A stretch of 64,000 nucleotides of DNA, from assembly GCF_009914755.1 (NCBI RefSeq), contig NC_060931.1. One strand, given 5' to 3'. This document shows, piece after piece, positions 52,348 through 64,000 of the stretch. The translations under genes were made by a program, and so were the position numbers. The notes beneath the pieces are model-generated. The model saw only the letters and a list, made by a program, of their open reading frames with translations, was not told the origin of the DNA and made no database searches. This stretch comes from the human T2T-CHM13v2.0 reference genome, Homo sapiens. The stretch's first letter is position 1, and the number at the start of each line of letters is the position of its first letter.

Positions 52348-52519
52348 TAAAGATGGGGGTCTCACTATGTTGCCCAGGCTGTTCTTAAACTCCAGGATGC
52401 AAGTGATGCTCCTGCCTTGACCTCCCAAAGCTTACAGACATGAGCCACTGCACCTGGCCAGCAAGCAGCTTTTTTCCCTACTTATAATTTTTTTAAACTT
52501 CCTCTGTCCATTTTTGAGT

Positions 52520-52940
52520 TGAGGTGAATAGACCATAGGGAGACTCCTCAGTATAACATCTTCCTCCACAGACATTCTGGCTGGGTCTGTGATGGCTACT
52601 TCTTCCCGTCTCACTTGCAGTTGAGGAAGAATGTCATTAAGTTCTGGCTGATGGGACTGAAGCAGAAGTGACCTGTTGCAGCTTCTGGAAGCCTAACATT
52701 CCTTAAGAGATAGGGAAGCAGGCTCTTTAGCCTCACTGCAGCCCCTTTGCTGCTTGGAATGTGGATTTATCAGCCAGAGCTCCTTTTCAGACAATGACCT
52801 CATGTGATCCTTGGCTATGATCTAGGGGTGGCAGAGTAGAATGCTGGAAGCAACTGGATCCCAGATAAGAGCTGCTAGCCCACCCCTGGGCTGTTCATCT
52901 CTGTACTTACACATAGAGGAGAAACACACTTCTGTTTTCC
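52520..52940 (+). mobile_element. MLT1-like (ERVL-MaLR) solo LTR fragment
   Basis: gttctggctgatgggactgaagcagaagtga...gcttggaatgtggat...ctggatccc...gagaaacacacttctgtt resembles old MLT1 LTRs. Confidence 0.6.
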
Positions 52941-53052
52941 TTTTTTTTTGAGAACCCAAAGTGCCGGGATTACACCCATGAGCCACCACACACGGCTCCA
53001 CATTTTTTTTTTTGAGACAGAGTCTCACATTGTCACCCAGGCTGGAGTATAG

Positions 53053-53471
<419 letters not shown>

Positions 53472-54643
53472 TAGTAGAGACGGGGTTTCGCCATGTTAGC
53501 CAGGATGGTCTCGATCTCCTGACCTTGTGATCCACCCGCCTCAGCCTCCCAAAGTGCTGGGATTACAGGCGTGAGCCACCGCGCCCGGCCAATTTTTTTT
53601 TTTTTTTTTAATGAGATGGGGGTCTCACTATGTTAACCAGGCTTGTCTTGAACTCCTCGGCTCCAGCGATCCGCCCACCTTGGCCTTCAAAAGTGCTGGC
53701 ATCACAGGCGTGAGCTACTGTGCCTGACCCTCTCCCCCAGTTTTTCATGTATCCCTAATCTTTGTTTATGATGTCATTTGCCAGTGAGAATTTATTATTT
53801 TTTAGTCTGGCCTTGATGTAATGCAAGAAAAACCTTATCTTCTCCAAGATTATAAAAGTCATTCCCTTCATGCTGTCCTCTCTCTCCCCAGCGTAGTAGC
53901 TAGTGTGACCTGGGAAACATAGCCCCTACAATGCCCTGAAATGGCTCTCATCACACTCCAGATCTGAGGCCGGCCCCTGGGCCAATCGCTGTCACCTCCC
54001 TGTGGCTCTCTCCACCTGCAAACCTCACCTGCTTTCTTTCCGATCCCCAAACAGACCCTATGTGTTTAATTTCCTTGCCAGCCTTGCTCCTCCTCTAAAA
54101 TACTGTATTTTTAAAGCTTAAATCAAGAAGAAATATTTGATTTGATTTCTTAAATGTCTTCTCACCATCTACAGATACCATATAATGATTTATGTTAATA
54201 GAATTGTTAATATTAAACCATCATTGCATTTCTAGAACAAACTCACTTGGTCATGCTTTCTATTTGCTAATATTTTATTTACATAATTTAAAATCTAGAT
54301 TATAAGTGAGTCTCATAAGAAAATCTGTAGTTTTCTTTGTTAGGGCTATCTCCGTCAGGCTTTGGAATCAGCGTTATGCTGGCTTTGAACAGATACATGT
54401 GTAAGTTTCCTTACTTTGCTCTGGAATATTTCAGAGGGCACAGAGTTTTATTTCCTGAAGAATTAAAAGAATTTGCCTATAAAACTGTTAGGGCATGCTG
54501 CTTTGAGCAGCATGAGGAGTAGCTGATAATTAGTTTCTCAAATTTTTTCTTTGGTTATCAGTCTATGTAATTTCCTATATTCTTCTCCTAAGTCAAATTT
54601 TGTTACGTATATTCAAAATATTTGTCATAAAAATATATTTCTA

Positions 54644-54970
<327 letters not shown>

Positions 54971-55250
54971 TTAAGCATTTATTTATTTTCACATAAAATG
55001 ATCACTTATGGCTTTTTTGTGACATTAAACAGTGAAAAGAGCCTAGGTTTTGGAGTCTGAGAACTGCTTCAAAGTTTTAATTGTATGACCTTCAGTAAAT
55101 TACTCACCTGCCTGGAGACTCAGTTTCCTCATTTTTAAACTGTGAAAACACAACTTTCTCATGGTGTTTTGAGAATTACAGACAAAATATAAAGTACCCT
55201 GGCATAGTGCCCAGTACTCAGCATTTAGAAAAGGACTGCTCTATTTGTTA

Positions 55251-55557
<307 letters not shown>

Positions 55558-57179
55558 CTATCTTAAAAAAAAAAAAAGAAAAAAAAAAAGAAAGAAAGAA
55601 AACATTGTCAAGGAGATGAGGTTTAGATAAAGTGCATTTAGTACTATTACCTTAATGAGTCACCTCTGTAGTACATCCGTTTATGATTTTAGTTACTCAG
55701 CAACTGTGAAGACACTACTCAACGTTCTACAACTCAAGGTTCTGTTTTGTTTTTTTTTTTTTGAGACAGAGTCTTGCTCTGTCACCTAGCCTGGGGCACA
55801 GTGGCTCCATCTCAGCTCACTGCAACCTCCGCCTCCCCGGGTTCAAGAGATTCTCCCACTTCAGTCTCCCAAGTAGCTGGGATTACAGGCGCCCACCACC
55901 ATGCCCAGCTAAGTTTTGTATTTTTAGTAGAAATGGGGTTTCACCATGTTGGCCAGGCTGGTCTGGAACTCCCGACCTCAGGTGATCCACCTGCCTCGGC
56001 CTCCCAAAAGTGCTGGGATTACAAGTGTGAGCCACTGTGCCTGGCCTATTTTTTTTGAGACTCACTGCAACCTCCATTTCCTGGGTTCAAACGGTTCACA
56101 TGTCTCAGCTTCCCAAGTAGCTGGCATCACAGGTGTGTGCCACCACATCACCACACCTGGCTTTCATGCCCGGCCATTTTTTGTATTTTTAGTAGAGATG
56201 AGGTTTCACCATGTTGGCCAGGCTGGTCTCAAACTCCTAACCTCAAGTGATCCGCCTGCCTCAGCCTCCCAAAGTGCTGAGATTACAAGCGTGAGCCACT
56301 GCGCCCAGCTAGACTCAAGGTTCTAATGAAAAACTTTTCAATTTGAAAAGCTATGTGCCCAAACACAACTGCAATTTTCTACAGCACAAACCTTCTCTGT
56401 AAGAGCACCCTGAGGCTGAGGTGCGGCTTTAAGGTGTGGCACTCCAGTTGCCTGGGGCTGGCTGACTTTCCCTGGGAAGCTGCTCAAGGAGAGAAGAGGC
56501 TGTAAAGAATTAAGGTTACAGTCTTTTCATGAAGGCTTGGAAAGAGGGTCTATTTGCTTGCTCATCCGATCTGTCTGGCACTGACATGAAATAATAATGG
56601 GTATGGAGGGAGAAAAAAAGGCTCTCCTAAAATGGACAGAGGAATACATAAAGCATGCCTGCAACTCAACATTGCTGAAATGTTAAACAGCTATTCAATA
56701 TTGCTGAAATGTTAAACAGCTATTCAATATTGCACAAATGTCCACTCAAGTCCTTTGCTTCTGCATTTGTAAGAGTAGTACTGGATAGGGCCAGAATGGA
56801 GTTTTATTATGGGATGTGGTGACTACCTAGCCAGTAATATAAAAGTGAAAAATGGGGAAAAATCATGGTTGATTCCTTCAGAGGAAAGGTGGTTTGGCAA
56901 CTAGATTCTCAACCAGGCAGGAAACACAGCCCCGCAGGATGTGCTCCCGGGGCAGGACAGGAAGAGAAGCCGGAGCTGTGACTGTGGTTGCTGACCTTGC
57001 GCTCACACAGGAAGGCTCAGGGCCTCTTCTATGCAGCCAGCGACAGCCCAGACTCCTGTAGTTATCTGTGCTCACCACCAGCCAGTGTGTGGGTAACTCC
57101 TCTCTGGGAGCCATATTCTGATGGTGGCATAAGCCATGCCCTTCAGATCTCAGCCCGTCCCCTTTGTGAGCGTGAAGAT

Positions 57180-58040
57180 GCATGTGTGTATGCATTCTTT
57201 TGCTGTGGTAAAATGCACATAAAATTGACTTTTTAAACCACTCTAACGTATACAATTCAGGGATATTTTGAGTATTCACGATGTTATACAATCAACATCA
57301 CTATCTAGTTCCAAGAGACTTTTATAACCCCAAAAGGAAACCCTGTACCCACTAAGCAGGCATTCCCCATTCCTCCTTGCCCTGCAACCCACAGCGTGCT
57401 TTTGGGCTCTACAGATTGCCATTCTGAGGCTAGGCAAATGCCCATATGCCTCTGATATTTCATAGGAATGGAAATCACACGTGTGTTTTTGTGCCTTTTT
57501 TCACTTAGTGTGTTGTTTTCTAGGTTCACCTATGTTGTAGCATGTATCGATACTTCATTCCTTTTTATGGTTGGATAATATTCCATTGTATGAATATATC
57601 ATATTAGTTTATTCATGAGTTGATGGATTGAGTTTTTTTTGCTTTTTGGCTGGTGTGAATTGTGGTTAAATGAACATTCTTGCACAAGTTTTATATGGAC
57701 ACTTGTTTTCACTTATGTTGGGTGAGTACCTGAGAGCGGAACTGCTGGGTCATATGGTAATTCTATGTTTAACTTATTGGGGAAAGCCAACTGTTAACTA
57801 TGGCGGCTACACTATTTCTATTCCCACCTCAATGTATACTGGTGTCATTTTTTCTATATCTCTGTCAAGACTTGTTATTTTCCATCGCTTTCATTATAGT
57901 CATCCTAATAGGTGTGAAGCGGTATCTTATTATAGTTCTGATTTGTATTTCTGTAATGACTAATGACGTTCAGCATGCTTTCATGTGCTTGTTGGTCATT
58001 TGTACATCTTTCTGGAGAAATATCAATTGATATTGTTTGC
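57180..58040 (-). mobile_element. L1M (MB/MC-like) 3' end and ORF2 C-terminal remnant
   Basis: tgtggtaaaatgcacataaaattg...ccccaaaaggaaaccctgtaccc...ataatattccattgtatgaatata...ctgctgggtcatatggtaattctatgtttaac is typical antisense old L1. Confidence 0.8.
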
Positions 58041-58044
58041 CCAT

Positions 58045-63057
<5,013 letters not shown>

Positions 63058-64000
63058 GTTTTGACATCTGGCAGGATTCTGTTGCTCTTTGGTCCCAGAG
63101 GGGCTATATGATAAGGAAAGGCAAGTTGAAGCCCGTGGAGCACCCTCTCTCTAAAAAAAAAAACACATCACCAGATTCCTTTGGGCATCTTCTAGACTGG
63201 CACCACCATCAAAGACTTCTAAGATGCAGAGGCGATGATTCTTTCACATCTCTTTTTACTTCTCATTTGGCTTGTACAGAAGAATGGCTCTTGGAGGACA
63301 GTGTATTACTTTAAGCCTCAACAGATGCTGACTAAATGTGGCTGCTGTTTTAGATGTCATCTCTCACCAGAACAAACAGCCCCTGGCAACTGGTATGCTG
63401 CGAATGATTTGGAAAATGCTTTTCCTGTCTGTTCGATAATCAGAGAACACCAGCAGCCAGTGAGGACCTTGATTATGTCGTTCAATAGGATAACACACCG
63501 TTCTACTTGAACGACATGCAGATAGAACCTGGTGAACAGGAAGTAGCAGTTATGGTAGTATGTATTAATATGCTACATGAATGCCAGAAGGTTAGAGAGA
63601 GAAATCCCTTGAATGTAGGAATGTGTCATCTCTATGAAGTTCTGGTGGTCTGGAGGTCAGGCATGTATATCATGATATCCCTTCCAAAGCTAGGCTCATG
63701 ACAGAAGCATCCTCTATCACTAAGGAAGAAGCCCAACATTTGGGAGGCTGTTTTTGATTTTTGGAATCAACATATATCACATTTGGATGTTCTGCTCTTA
63801 TCCACTTACTGCTGATCTAAAAGGCTGCCAGGTTTAAATAGGACCCAGTGGTGGGCTATGTGTGGCAGACCAAGACGCTGAGCGGAACCAGTGCCAGGAA
63901 CCGATAGGACAATCAGAATGAAGGCTGTGCTTTGTAAGTAATTCTCCTTCCAAGAAACATCTCACAGCCTGCTACTGAGTCCTGTAGTAGTCCAGATGCC

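Overview
Human (primate) genomic DNA, recognisable as the FSCN1-RNF216 locus (7p22.1 from established knowledge). The + strand carries the complete five-exon FSCN1 (fascin-1) gene. It has a CpG-island promoter with GC box, CRE and TATA, a CDS of 6467-7298, 16787-16943, 17026-17147, 17393-17560 and 18802-19004 (1482 nt, 493 aa), and a poly(A) signal at 20159. The - strand carries the last three coding exons (54686-54908, 37588-37657, 36392-36711) and the ~2.8-kb 3'UTR of the RBR E3 ligase RNF216, ending convergently near 33.58 kb. The rest is very Alu-rich, with older L1, L2, MIR, MLT1 and CR1-like fragments and microsatellites. Nearly all other listed ORFs are Alu or GC-rich artefacts. I cannot support a wholly new biological system. 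The best leads are: (i) both convergent genes end with a non-canonical GC-AG last intron; (ii) an orphan promoter-like CpG/CCAAT/E2F/CRE element with a donor/acceptor pair about 1 kb past the FSCN1 poly(A) site; (iii) two candidate cryptic RNF216 exons, one in frame (204 nt) and one NMD-type (154 nt); (iv) a CpG-retaining hairpin deep in an RNF216 intron; (v) unusual Alu nesting and repeated insertion at single target sites. Repeat boundaries and subfamily calls were made by eye and are approximate.
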